Positions 1 to 9,589 of a DNA stretch of 64,000 nucleotides are shown here, in pieces (within the stretch, counting starts at the first letter, position 1; every line of letters starts with the position of its first letter). The stretch spans positions 320,001-384,000 of the forward strand of contig CAWAHW010000007.1 of NCBI GenBank assembly GCA_963781885.1, given 5' to 3'. Below the pieces are notes generated by a model. The model was not told the origin of the DNA, ran no database searches, and saw only the letters and a list, made by a program, of their open reading frames with translations. The position numbers and the translations under genes are program-made. This DNA comes from an uncultured Spirochaetota bacterium. GTDB taxonomy: Bacteria; Spirochaetota; Spirochaetia; SZUA-6; Fen-1364.

Positions 1-1
1 G

Positions 2-211
2 GGCCGGCTCGCGCTCCTCCCCGACGGCCGCGTACTCTCATCGCCGACCGGCGCGGGCGCGCCCCGCGTCATCACGCTGCCGGTTCTTCCCGCGGGCTTC
101 CGCTATACCGATCTGGCAAAGGAAGGAAACCTGCTCGTCGTGCCGTGGGAAGAGGTCTCCTTCACCGACATCGGCCGGGCGGGGCTCCTGATTTACCCGG
201 TGCCGGGATAG
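2..211 (+). CDS. 3' end of a hypothetical protein (partial)
   Basis: Frame 2 is open from the window edge to TAG 209-211: ...LPVLPAGFRYTDLAKEGNLLVVPWEEVSFTDIGRAGLLIYPVPG*. Confidence 0.55.
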   Translation, partial: GRLALLPDGRVLSSPTGAGAPRVITLPVLPAGFRYTDLAKEGNLLVVPWEEVSFTDIGRAGLLIYPVPG

Positions 212-221
212 CCGCGCTGGC

Positions 222-947
222 CTATGCGAGCGGGGCTCCGGGCGGCCGCGGCGTGCCGCGCAGGAACAGCGGGAGGTCGAATGGAATCGGGTCATCCGTG
301 ATGAAGCCTTCCGCGTAGCGCACCGCCATCATGCCGCCGTATGTCCCCCGCATTGCCCGGAGGAACTCGAGCACCTTCCCGTCCCGGATGCTCATCTGGG
401 ACTGGTGGCAGCGCGCGATGCCCTCCCATTCATCCATGTAGTCGGAGACGTCGTTGAGCAGCGAGGGCATGCGGGCGCGCGGCACCATGTAGTAGATGAC
501 GTGGTCGGCGTTCCAGGGCTCGCCCCGCACCTCCTTCAGACCGGCAAAGCGGGCGTAGCGCAGCGCCGAGCGCACGATGGTGCCGGTGGCGGCGTGATCG
601 GGATGCGCGCCGCCGTCCTTGTGGTTGCCGGTCTGCGTGTGGTAGGGGGCGAAGACAAGCTTGGGCCGCTGCGCGCGGATCACCTCCGCCACTTTGATCC
701 TCGACTCGTAGGAATCGAAGATCTGGCAGTCGACGAAGGAGAGGATCTCGATTCCCCCGCCCAGCTTGCGCGCCGCCGCGCGCATCTCTTCCTCGCGCTG
801 CGCGGCCGTGCCGAACGTGCCCGCCTCCCCGCGCGACAGCACGCAGACCGTGAGCGATGCCCCCGCGCGTACGAACTTCACCATGCTCGCGCCCATGCCG
901 AACTCGGCATCATCGGGGTGCGCTCCGAAAACAAGTATGTCCGCCAT
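222..947 (-). CDS. PIG-L/LmbE family N-acetylglucosaminyl deacetylase (BshB1-like)
   Basis: MADILVFGAHPDDAEFG and HPDH motifs; start set at ATG 947. Confidence 0.85.
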   Translation of the reverse strand: MADILVFGAHPDDAEFGMGASMVKFVRAGASLTVCVLSRGEAGTFGTAAQREEEMRAAARKLGGGIEILSFVDCQIFDSYESRIKVAEVIRAQRPKLVFAPYHTQTGNHKDGGAHPDHAATGTIVRSALRYARFAGLKEVRGEPWNADHVIYYMVPRARMPSLLNDVSDYMDEWEGIARCHQSQMSIRDGKVLEFLRAMRGTYGGMMAVRYAEGFITDDPIPFDLPLFLRGTPRPPGAPLA

Positions 948-954
948 GCCGGAG

Positions 955-983
955 AAGATAGGGGACCGCTTCGTGACGGTCAA
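955..983 (-). promoter_or_regulatory. sigma70-type promoter, probably leaderless
   Basis: TTGACC-17 nt-TATCTT, then 7 nt to ATG 947, no SD. Confidence 0.6.
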
Positions 984-1113
984 GGAAGCGACGCCGGGGC
1001 CGGGGACTGTCGCGTCAGCGGCCGGGGCCGCGAGCCTCCTTCCGCCGGCTCTCGGCATCCCTGCCCGTGACCTTGACAGCACCGGGAAGCTGGGCGATCC
1101 TCAGCCAAGGGCA

Positions 1114-2403
1114 ATGGAACAGGATCTGCTTCCCCTTCTCATGCAGAACAAGCTCCTGCAGGGTCTCTCCGACGATCAAGTCCGGCGGGTCATGAGCCTT
1201 GCGCGCGCGGAGAGCTTCGCCGTCGGGGCGTTTATCCTGCGCGAGACGGAGACCCCCGCGCGCGTCTACCTCCTCGTGGAGGGCACGGTCCAGGTGCGGC
1301 GCAGCGGCCCGGACGCCCGCGACGCGGAGGTCGCGAGCCTCCCGCCGGGCAGCTTCTTCGGCGAGATGTCCGTGATCACCGGGGCAGCCCACCATACGGC
1401 GAGCGTCGTGGCGCAGACGGCGGTCACCGTGCTCTCCCTGTCTGCTCTGGATTTCACGCGCCTGCTCCTGGAGCATCCCGAGACCATCCGCAACATCCTC
1501 GCGAACGTCGTGATCCAGCTTCAGGGCCTGAACAAACGCTGGATGGAGACGCTGCGCGTGGAGAAGCAGGTCCTCGAGTGGAAGATCCGGGAGCGCAACC
1601 GCGAGCTGGAAGAGATGAACCTGAAGGTGCACCGGGAGCTCTCCCTCGCGCAGACCATCCAGCGCAATCTCCTGCCTGACAAGAAAAAGAGCTATCCCGG
1701 TCTTACCATCGCCACGGACTACGTGCCCTGCGACGAGCTGGGCGGCGACATCACGGGCGTGTTCCAGATCGATGAGACGAGGCTCGCGGTCTACGGCGGT
1801 GACGTCTGCGGCCACGGCATCTACGCCGCCATGGTGATGAGCTACGTGAAGAAGCTCATCGAGACCTCGGTGAAGCGGATCCTGCTCAATCGGCAGTACG
1901 TGGTGAAGCCGCCCGGGGCGGTGCTCACCTCCATCAACCAGAGCTTCATTTCGGAGATCAGCCAGGGCGATCCCGAGATCTACCTCACCCTCTTCCTCGG
2001 CGTGCTGAACCTGCGCCAGCTCTCCCTGGAGTTCTCCTCCGCGGGAACGCACGTTCCCCCGCTCGTGCTCTCCAACGGGGAGGCCACCGAGCTTTTCGAC
2101 CAGTCCGATTACCCCATCGGGCACGTCGCCAACCATGAATACTCCACCGCCCGGCACGTCTTCACCCGCGGCGATTCGTTCCTGTTCGTGAGCGATGGCG
2201 TCATCGAGGCGCAGCGGGGCCAGGATGCATTCGGCATGGAGCGGCTGAAGGCAGAGGCGCTGCGCAGCCGGCAGGCCGCGGGCACGGTGGAGATCGACGG
2301 GGTGCTCGCGGCAGTGCGGGCATTCCTCGGGGACGAGCCTCCCCAGGACGACATCTGCCTTCTTACCATCGACTTCCTCGCGTCGGACGATCCGCCGCAA
2401 TGA
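1114..2403 (+). CDS. cNMP-binding domain, coiled coil and SpoIIE/PP2C Ser/Thr phosphatase
   Basis: FFGEMSVITG..HTASVVA (cNMP); LGGD, GDVCGHG, SDGVIEA, DDICLL (PP2C). Confidence 0.85.
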   Translation: MEQDLLPLLMQNKLLQGLSDDQVRRVMSLARAESFAVGAFILRETETPARVYLLVEGTVQVRRSGPDARDAEVASLPPGSFFGEMSVITGAAHHTASVVAQTAVTVLSLSALDFTRLLLEHPETIRNILANVVIQLQGLNKRWMETLRVEKQVLEWKIRERNRELEEMNLKVHRELSLAQTIQRNLLPDKKKSYPGLTIATDYVPCDELGGDITGVFQIDETRLAVYGGDVCGHGIYAAMVMSYVKKLIETSVKRILLNRQYVVKPPGAVLTSINQSFISEISQGDPEIYLTLFLGVLNLRQLSLEFSSAGTHVPPLVLSNGEATELFDQSDYPIGHVANHEYSTARHVFTRGDSFLFVSDGVIEAQRGQDAFGMERLKAEALRSRQAAGTVEIDGVLAAVRAFLGDEPPQDDICLLTIDFLASDDPPQ

Positions 2404-5400
2404 CGGGGACGGGCGGACCGGCGCGCTGGGAGGTCTTCACGCGGCCGCTGTACCGGGACGGTCGCGCCGCAAGGATGCTTCCCTCCCTCAGGCGGGACGT
2501 GTCGGAGCGGATTCGCGGCTGCGTCATCGTCGACGTCTTCCTCCTCGATGGGATTCCCCCGCTCACCCCCGGCGTCGCCGCGGAGGTCTTCTGCGACCTG
2601 GTGGCGCAGGAGATGCTCACCGGTGCGGCCGCCGCGGAGCAGCCGACGCTCGCCCTGTGGGATTACCTCGTCGAGGTGACCGTCAAGCCGGGCGTCACCA
2701 ACCCCGTCGCGCTCACGGCCCGCGAGGCGCTCGGCGTCTGTCTCCCGGACGGCCTGCCGGAAGGCTGCGTCGTGCAGACCGCGATGCAGTACCTCGTGTC
2801 CACCGACGGCGCCTCACTCGACGCCGAAGAGCTTGCGCGCTTCTTCCACAACCCGCTCATCCAGAGCGCGGCCTGCATCACGCGGCGGGAATGGAACGCC
2901 GGTCGAAGGCCTCCCGCCGCGTACCCGCGCGTTGCCGTGGGGCGCCCCGATGACGTGCGCTTCATCGAGCTTGCCGACATGACGGATGCGGAGCTGGTCG
3001 CACTCTCTCGTGAGAGGCTCCTTGCCCTCTCCCTGGCCGAGATGCAGGCGGTGAAGGTGTACTTCGCCGAGGATGCAGTGCACGCCGAACGCCGCGGACG
3101 CGGTCTTCCTGCGGCCGCGACCGACGTCGAGCTGGAGATGATCGCCCAGACGTGGTCCGAGCACTGCAAGCACAAGATATTCAACGCCACCATCCACATG
3201 CGCGCGCAGGGCCGGGAGGAGACCATTCATTCCCTCTTCGGCACCTTCATCCGGTCCACCACGAGGGAGATCGCGCGGGAGAGGAAATTCCTCCGTTCCG
3301 TGTTCCACGACAACTCCGGCGTGATCGCCTTCGACAGGAAGACGCTCGTCTGCTTCAAGGTGGAGACGCACAATTCCCCCTCCGCCCTCGACCCGTACGG
3401 CGGGGCCATCACCGGCATCGTCGGCGTCAATCGGGACATCATGGGCACGGGGCTCGGGGCAAAGCCGATCTTCAACACGGACGTGCTGTGCTTCGCCTCG
3501 CCCGACACCCCGAAGGCGGACGTGCCGGCAGGGCTCCTGCACCCGCGCCGCGTGATGGAGGGCGTGCATCGCGGCATCATCGACGGGGGCAACCAGTCCG
3601 GCATCCCCGTTGCCGCCGGCGCCTTCGTATTCGACGACAGCTACATCGGCAAGCCGCTGGTGTTCTGCGGGACCGGCGGTCTTCTCCCCGCCCGCGTCCG
3701 CGGCAGGGACGCCTGCGAAAAGCGCGTGCTGCCGGGGGACCTCGCCGTCATGGTGGGCGGCAGGATCGGCAAGGACGGCATCCACGGCGCGACATTCTCC
3801 TCCGAGGCGCTGAGCGAATCCTCACCCACCTCCGCCGTGCAGATCGGGGACCCCATCACGCAGAAGAAGATGCTCGACATGCTGCTGGAAGCGCGGGACC
3901 GCGGCCTGTACCGCGGGCTCACGGACAACGGCGCCGGCGGGCTCTCCAGCTCTCTGGGCGAGATGGCGGGCCTGAGCGGCGGCGTGAAGATCGACCTCGA
4001 TGCGTGCCCGCTGAAGTACCAGGGGCTGGCGGCCTGGGAGATACTCGTCTCCGAGTCGCAGGAGCGCATGAGCCTTGCCGTGCCGCGGGAATCCATCGAT
4101 GCGCTTCTGGATCTCGCGCACCGGCGCGACGTGGAGGCAACGGTGGTCGGCGAGTTTACCGACACCGGCAACATCGAGGTGTTCGCACAAGGCCGGCTTG
4201 TCGGGCTCCTGGGTCTGCATTTCCTTCACGAAGGGCTCCCGGTGATGGAGCTGCGGGCGGAATGGACCGGCCCTTCGACCCCCGCCGCATCAGGGGCGCC
4301 GGGACTGGCCGCCGCGACCGACCTGCGCCGCACCATGCTCGATCTCTTGTCCGACATCAACGTCCGCTCCCGCGAGGAATGGGTGCGCCGCTACGACCAC
4401 GAGGTGCAGGGCAGGTCGGTGATCAAGCCGTTCTGCGGCCGGCACCGCGATGCGCCCACCGACGGCGCCGTTCTGCGCGTGCGCGACGACACGCGGCGCG
4501 GCATCACGGTCACGCACGGCATCTGTCCCCGCTACGGCGACCACGACACCTATGACATGGCGCAATGCGCCGTGGACGAAGCGGTGCGGGCGCATGTTGC
4601 CCTGGGCGGAGACCCTGTGCGCATGTCCGCCCTGGACAACTTCTGCTGGCCCGATCCCGTGCAGGGGCCGGAGACGCCGGATGGTGCGCAGAAGCTGGCC
4701 CAGCTCGTCCGCGCCTGCCGCGGTCTTGCCGATGCCTGCCGCGCCTATCGCCTTCCACTCATCTCCGGCAAGGACTCCATGAAAAACGACGCGCGCGTGG
4801 GCGGAAGGAAGATCTCGATACGTCCGACCCTGCTCGTGTCGCTCATGGGCATCATTGAAGACGTGGGCAGGGCCCAGACGACCGACCTGAAGGCCGCGGG
4901 CGATCTTCTCTACGTCCTGGGCGAGACCCGGGGCGAGCTGGGAGGCACGGTCTTCGAGCGGCACACGGGAGGCAGCTTCGGCCCGTGCCCGTCCGTGACG
5001 CCAGCCCCTGCGTGGCGCACTTACGTCAGGCTGCACCGCGCCATCAGGGCCGGCATCGTACGCTCCTGCCACGATCTGTCCGACGCGGGGCTGTGCGCGG
5101 CGCTCGCGGAAAGCTGCATCGGCGGAAGCCTGGGCGCGCGGGTCTCCCTGGATGCCATGCCCTGCGCCCCGGGACTGTCCCGTGAGCCGGAGCGGCTCCT
5201 TTTCTCGGAGACTCCCTCACGTTTCCTGGTGAGCGTACGCCCCGACGCGCGCGGCCGCTGGGAGCGCCTCATGCGGGGCACGGCGCTGGGCTGCATCGGC
5301 GAGGCGACGGCGGACCCGGCGATCGTCGTGGAGGAAGGGGGCCGGCAGATCGCCTCCCTTCGCCTGGAAGACGCCCGCGCCGCGTGGTCGGGCCGGGGGG

Positions 5401-5408
5401 GCGTATGA
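2400..5408 (+). CDS. purL: phosphoribosylformylglycinamidine synthase, synthetase subunit
   Basis: QTWSEHCKH, KVETHNSPS, DNGAGGLSS, SESQERM, SGKDSM, SCHDLSD, FSETPSR. Confidence 0.95.
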   Translation: MTGTGGPARWEVFTRPLYRDGRAARMLPSLRRDVSERIRGCVIVDVFLLDGIPPLTPGVAAEVFCDLVAQEMLTGAAAAEQPTLALWDYLVEVTVKPGVTNPVALTAREALGVCLPDGLPEGCVVQTAMQYLVSTDGASLDAEELARFFHNPLIQSAACITRREWNAGRRPPAAYPRVAVGRPDDVRFIELADMTDAELVALSRERLLALSLAEMQAVKVYFAEDAVHAERRGRGLPAAATDVELEMIAQTWSEHCKHKIFNATIHMRAQGREETIHSLFGTFIRSTTREIARERKFLRSVFHDNSGVIAFDRKTLVCFKVETHNSPSALDPYGGAITGIVGVNRDIMGTGLGAKPIFNTDVLCFASPDTPKADVPAGLLHPRRVMEGVHRGIIDGGNQSGIPVAAGAFVFDDSYIGKPLVFCGTGGLLPARVRGRDACEKRVLPGDLAVMVGGRIGKDGIHGATFSSEALSESSPTSAVQIGDPITQKKMLDMLLEARDRGLYRGLTDNGAGGLSSSLGEMAGLSGGVKIDLDACPLKYQGLAAWEILVSESQERMSLAVPRESIDALLDLAHRRDVEATVVGEFTDTGNIEVFAQGRLVGLLGLHFLHEGLPVMELRAEWTGPSTPAASGAPGLAAATDLRRTMLDLLSDINVRSREEWVRRYDHEVQGRSVIKPFCGRHRDAPTDGAVLRVRDDTRRGITVTHGICPRYGDHDTYDMAQCAVDEAVRAHVALGGDPVRMSALDNFCWPDPVQGPETPDGAQKLAQLVRACRGLADACRAYRLPLISGKDSMKNDARVGGRKISIRPTLLVSLMGIIEDVGRAQTTDLKAAGDLLYVLGETRGELGGTVFERHTGGSFGPCPSVTPAPAWRTYVRLHRAIRAGIVRSCHDLSDAGLCAALAESCIGGSLGARVSLDAMPCAPGLSREPERLLFSETPSRFLVSVRPDARGRWERLMRGTALGCIGEATADPAIVVEEGGRQIASLRLEDARAAWSGRGGV

Positions 5409-6193
5409 GGGGCCGTCGACCGCGGGCGTGCATCGTCGTCGGGCTGGGCATCAATGCGGACGCCGAGCTCGCCCAGGCCTTCATCATGGCAGGGGCGGAC
5501 GCCTCCTGCGTGCACGTGCAGGACCTGATCGCCGATCCTGACCGGCTTTCCGCCTTCCAGATACTCGCCCTTCCCGGCGGCTTTTCCTTCGGCGATCATC
5601 TTGGATCGGGCAAGGTCTTTGCCACGCTCTTCAAGAAGAATCTCGGCTCCGCCATGACGGCGTTTGTATCGCGCGGAGGCCTTGTCATCGGCGTGTGCAA
5701 TGGTTTCCAGGCCCTCGTGAAGATGGGCGCGCTTCCCGACTCGACGGGATCGGGAGAGCAGGAGGCGTCGCTCATCCACAACGATTCGGGCATGTTCGAG
5801 GACCGGTGGGTGCGGCTCAGTTTCGAAGGGCGAAGCCGCTGCCTCTGGACCCGGGGGCTCAAAGACATGGACCTGCCGGTCCGGCACGGCGAAGGAAAGT
5901 TCGTTGTGCGTTCGGCGGAAATCTTCGGCCGCCTGGAGGGCGGCGGGCTCATCGCCCTGCGCTACACGTCGTCCCATGGAGGATCCCCCCTCTATCCGGA
6001 AGATCCTAATGGCTCGGACGGCCACGTGGCGGGCGTCTGCGATCCCAGCGGGCGGGTCTTCGGTCTCATGCCGCACCCCGAGGCGTTCGTCCACCCCCAC
6101 CACCATCCGGACTGGACAACCGGTGCGATCGCCCAGGGCGACGGGCTTCTCATCTTTGCCAACGGCGTGCGCGCTGCCCGGGATGCCTCCTGA
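5405..6193 (+). CDS. purQ: FGAM synthase glutaminase subunit
   Basis: PGGFSFGD, GVCNGFQ, HGEG, GLMPHPE; ATGA overlap with purL. Confidence 0.93.
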   Translation: MRGRRPRACIVVGLGINADAELAQAFIMAGADASCVHVQDLIADPDRLSAFQILALPGGFSFGDHLGSGKVFATLFKKNLGSAMTAFVSRGGLVIGVCNGFQALVKMGALPDSTGSGEQEASLIHNDSGMFEDRWVRLSFEGRSRCLWTRGLKDMDLPVRHGEGKFVVRSAEIFGRLEGGGLIALRYTSSHGGSPLYPEDPNGSDGHVAGVCDPSGRVFGLMPHPEAFVHPHHHPDWTTGAIAQGDGLLIFANGVRAARDAS

Positions 6194-6215
6194 CGGCCAC
6201 GCTGCGTGCTGCCCG

Positions 6216-6324
6216 TGCGGCCACGGTAGGCCGTGGCATTTGCGGCCACGGTAGGCCGTGGCATTTGCGGCCACGGTAGGCCGTGGCATTTGCGGCCACG
6301 GCAGGCCGTGGCATTTGCGGCCAC
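6216..6324 (+). repeat. tandem array of a 25-bp palindromic unit TGCGGCCACGGTAGGCCGTGGCATT, about 4.4 copies
   Basis: Units start at 6216, 6241, 6266 and 6291 (one T>C), partial at 6316; each holds hairpin GCCACGG-TAGG-CCGTGGC. Confidence 0.95.
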
Positions 6325-6360
6325 TGACGCGCGGTGTACCGTGCGAGATACTGCGGCGCC

Positions 6361-6389
6361 TTGACATCGGGATGGCCGATTCCTATTAT
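6361..6389 (+). promoter_or_regulatory. sigma70 promoter of tRNA-Ala
   Basis: TTGACA-17 nt-TATTAT. Confidence 0.8.
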
Positions 6390-6404
6390 ACTCAGTGTTC
6401 CTTT

Positions 6405-6478
6405 GGGGGCGTAGCTCAGTTGGCTAGAGCACTTGAATGGCATTCAAGGGGTCGTGGGTTCAATTCCCGTCGCCTCCA
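6405..6478 (+). tRNA. tRNA-Ala(GGC), CCA not encoded
   Basis: GGGGGCG/CGCCTCC acceptor stem with G3:U70; anticodon arm CTTGA-ATGGCAT-TCAAG; TTCAATT T-loop. Confidence 0.95.
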
Positions 6479-6488
6479 CTAAGACCAG

Positions 6489-8165
6489 ATGGATACAAGG
6501 AACGAGGGAAACGGGCAGAACGGACTCGATCCTGACCTCGCCGAGCTTCTCGAAATAGAAGAGGCGGAGCCTGTGCCCGTCGTTGCGCCCGCAGCCGGCG
6601 CCGAAAGAGCCGGGGAGCCGGACTTCCATACCCTCTTTTCAGAAGAGAAACCCGTAGAGAAAAAGACCGACGACGTCGACCCCACGAAGGTCCGTTTCCC
6701 CACCATCATCCAGATCCAGGAGGATCCCAAGCCCTATTTCCAGGACAAGGACTTCTACAAGAAGGTCCTGACCGGGGAAGGGGACGAGGGAAACCGCGTC
6801 CACGAGCTCCTCGGCAAGTACATGAAAGCGGAAGATCCCGAGGAGAAGTCCAAGTTCCGCGCCCAGCTCATCTCCGCCTTCTGGGAGCTGGGGTCAAAGA
6901 TCGCCTACCGGGCCGGCGTGGGGCTCATCATGCCCAAGAGACTGCTCCTGCGTTTCGGCATCCTTTCGCCCGGCTTCCTCACGCCCGAGCTGCGCGACAT
7001 GGTCTCCCGCATCATCTATGAGAACAAGGCCGGCGAGCCCGTCTACTACGTGGACGAGTGGCTGGAGCGCATCTCCAAGGGGCTCGTGCGCCCTTCGGCG
7101 GCCGACGAGGTGAAGCAGAAGGGCGGCAAGGACGCCGCCCAGAAGATCCTCGATGCGGTCGAAAAGAAGAAGGGCCAGCGGGACAGCGAGTTCACCATCC
7201 TCAAGGCAAAGATTTCGCAGCTCGACGAGCGGGAGACTATGTTGCGCGGCCAGGTGGACATCCTGATCCGGCACGAGCGCAACGAAGACATCGGCGGCCT
7301 CAAGGCATGCTTCACCGGGTCGCAGAAACAGGCCATGGTGACCATCCAGGACCTCCTGCGGCAATTGAGCGCGCTGGACGCGCAAATGGCCTCTTCCTAC
7401 GCGGACCTTGCCAACCTCGACAAGGAGCTGGAGTCGCTGGGCCGCAAGTCGGAAGGCATTTCATCCGACAGCGTCGTGGATCAGAAGACGGCGGTGGCGG
7501 AGTGGGGCTGCATCCGGCAGATGGCGAAGATGACCGTGGGCCGGCAGGGCAACCATTTCCCGATCTTCCTGTCCCAGTTCGTGCGGCCGGCCATCCGCGA
7601 GATTGGCACCCGGGAAAACGTGATCAGGGAAATGGCGCAGGTGGAGGCGCTGGATCCCGGGCTGTTCATGCGGACCTACAAGACGCAGACCACGCGCATC
7701 GTGCCCAACATCATCCTCCTGGCGAGCTACGGCGACGCGGGAGTCTGCTGGGAGCCGTTTGAGAAGTTCAACCGCGCCACCAGCCGCGGCCGGGTCGCCA
7801 TCCCGATGTATCCCAAGAGCCTGCCGGTCGCCGTCATGACGGCCATGGCGGACCTTCGATGGCAGGTGGCCAAGGAAAAGGCGCAGTACTACTGGATGGA
7901 GGAAGGGATCACCGGCAAGTACTACCAGTGGTTCACGGAGCACAAGCTTCGCGGCGACGTGCGGGAATACTTCATACGCGACTATGCTCTCTGGATCAAC
8001 AAGGAAAGCCAGGGCATGCAGAAGCTGGACAAGGACGTGCGCGGCATCTTCTGGCGCATGATGCCGTTTCCCCAGCACATCAAGGACAGTCTGCGCAACC
8101 GCGCCACCATCTACAACGAGCTGTACAAGAAAGACCAGAATATCGCCAAGTCGGACGGATACTAG
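6489..8165 (+). CDS. conserved hypothetical protein with a central coiled coil
   Basis: 558-aa ORF with typical codon usage; no motif recognised. Confidence 0.8.
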   Translation: MDTRNEGNGQNGLDPDLAELLEIEEAEPVPVVAPAAGAERAGEPDFHTLFSEEKPVEKKTDDVDPTKVRFPTIIQIQEDPKPYFQDKDFYKKVLTGEGDEGNRVHELLGKYMKAEDPEEKSKFRAQLISAFWELGSKIAYRAGVGLIMPKRLLLRFGILSPGFLTPELRDMVSRIIYENKAGEPVYYVDEWLERISKGLVRPSAADEVKQKGGKDAAQKILDAVEKKKGQRDSEFTILKAKISQLDERETMLRGQVDILIRHERNEDIGGLKACFTGSQKQAMVTIQDLLRQLSALDAQMASSYADLANLDKELESLGRKSEGISSDSVVDQKTAVAEWGCIRQMAKMTVGRQGNHFPIFLSQFVRPAIREIGTRENVIREMAQVEALDPGLFMRTYKTQTTRIVPNIILLASYGDAGVCWEPFEKFNRATSRGRVAIPMYPKSLPVAVMTAMADLRWQVAKEKAQYYWMEEGITGKYYQWFTEHKLRGDVREYFIRDYALWINKESQGMQKLDKDVRGIFWRMMPFPQHIKDSLRNRATIYNELYKKDQNIAKSDGY

Positions 8166-8254
8166 CTGAATTCCCCAAGCTTCCGGCAGCCCGCTGCGCG
8201 GGCGAAATGTCGCCAGGAGCGACCGGCCTGCCGCTTGAGGCCCCTTTCGCACTG

Positions 8255-8770
8255 CTACAGGTACTTCACGATCTCCTGCAGCGACTTTCTCTGCTTTTGC
8301 CCCTTTTTGGCGAATCCCGGCCTCGGGTAGCCCAGCGGGGTGACGGCGTAGACGCGCTCCTCAGATGACAGACCCAGCGCCGAGCGCAGGATTGCCGGAT
8401 CGTAGGCAGCGACCCAGCAGGTCCCCACGCCTTCGTTCTCCGCGGCGAGGACCATGTGGTCCAGGGCGATGGCGACGTCCGTCTCGATGGAGTTCCAGCC
8501 GTCCTGCCGCGACCATGCCTCGCCGGTCCTTCCCGTGACGGCGAGGATGTGCGGCGCGTCCTGGAACCATGTCTTCTGGTAGCAGCGACGCACCTGTGTG
8601 AGCACGTCGCGCGAGGAGACGAGCAGGAAACGCCAGGGCTGGCGATTGGCGGCCGACGGGGCGATGCGCCCGGCGTCGAGGATCCTTTCCAATACCGCCT
8701 TGTCCAACGGCCGCGTCGGATCGTAGCTGCGGATGCTTTCCCGTCCGGTGATGACCCGTGTGAAGTCCAT
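8255..8770 (-). CDS. nitroreductase family protein
   Basis: RESIRSY, APSAANRQPWRF, GVGTCW, PLGYP. Confidence 0.92.
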   Translation of the reverse strand: MDFTRVITGRESIRSYDPTRPLDKAVLERILDAGRIAPSAANRQPWRFLLVSSRDVLTQVRRCYQKTWFQDAPHILAVTGRTGEAWSRQDGWNSIETDVAIALDHMVLAAENEGVGTCWVAAYDPAILRSALGLSSEERVYAVTPLGYPRPGFAKKGQKQRKSLQEIVKYL

Positions 8771-8777
8771 GGCCGTG

Positions 8778-9053
8778 CTACCTCTTCTTGCCCTTGAAAA
8801 GCTGCGGGATGTGCTTCTCCAGCTGGAATTTCACCGTGACCCATTTCATCGCCCTTCCGTAGATCAGGAAGGTGAGCACGATCGCGACGATGAATCCGGC
8901 GAAGAGGAGGATCTGGTAGGTCGTCTGGCTTCCGTTCGGGCCCAGCGCGAGCCCGATGAGCAGGACGAAGACGACGACGAAGACCGCCATGAGGAGGAGA
9001 TTGAAGATCGTTGCGCCGATGAAGAAGAGCACCATCTTCGAGGATGAGCTCAT
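8778..9053 (-). CDS. small two-TM membrane protein downstream of lspA
   Basis: MSSSSKMVLFFIGATIFNLLLM...; start overlaps the lspA stop. Confidence 0.7.
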   Translation of the reverse strand: MSSSSKMVLFFIGATIFNLLLMAVFVVVFVLLIGLALGPNGSQTTYQILLFAGFIVAIVLTFLIYGRAMKWVTVKFQLEKHIPQLFKGKKR

Positions 9054-9589
9054 TGCGTGCCTCCTGCGGCGGTGCGGACGGGGATGAGGAACGAGATGAA
9101 AAGCAAGATGCCCGTGACGACGACCGTCGCGTCGGCGACGTTGAATGTCGGCCATCGCTCCAGGCCGAAGATGCCGTAGAACTTGAAGTCGAAGAAATCG
9201 ACGACCCCCGCGGGCCGGAAGATCCTGTCGATGTAGTTGCCCAACCCGCCGCCCACCAGGGCGCCGAAGCACCACTTCTGGAACCGCGTGAGGGGGTCGC
9301 GCGTGAAAAGGTAGTAGAGGAAAAGGACCGCGATGACGACCAGCGGCAGCAGCATGAAGAGCGTCCGTCGCGTGCCCGCCTCGATGCTCCGACCGATGCT
9401 GAAGGCGATGGCGGGATTCTGCACGTGGATGATGTGGAAGAAATCGCCGATCACCTGCACGCTCTTGCCGATGGGCACCGTGAGGATCACGATGAGCTTT
9501 GCCGCCTGGTCGAGCAGGATGATACCGGCCGAGAGCACCAGGGGCAGGAGCCGGGACCGTATGTCACGTTTCGCAGTATTCAGGACCAT
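9050..9589 (-). CDS. lspA: lipoprotein signal peptidase II
   Basis: DQAAK, NPAIAFS, GGLGNYIDR, VVDF, FNVAD. Confidence 0.93.
   Translation of the reverse strand: MVLNTAKRDIRSRLLPLVLSAGIILLDQAAKLIVILTVPIGKSVQVIGDFFHIIHVQNPAIAFSIGRSIEAGTRRTLFMLLPLVVIAVLFLYYLFTRDPLTRFQKWCFGALVGGGLGNYIDRIFRPAGVVDFFDFKFYGIFGLERWPTFNVADATVVVTGILLFISFLIPVRTAAGGTQ

Noticed and set aside
948-1113. Riboswitch upstream of the phosphatase-purLQ unit
   Set aside because: No purine, ZTP, PRPP or c-di-GMP aptamer consensus recognised by eye; an Rfam scan would be needed.
6216-6324. CRISPR array
   Set aside because: Units are directly adjacent with no unique spacers, and there are no cas genes.
6405-6478. tRNA as an island integration site
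   Set aside because: No integrase, no duplicated tRNA 3' end seen, and the downstream genes look like core genes.
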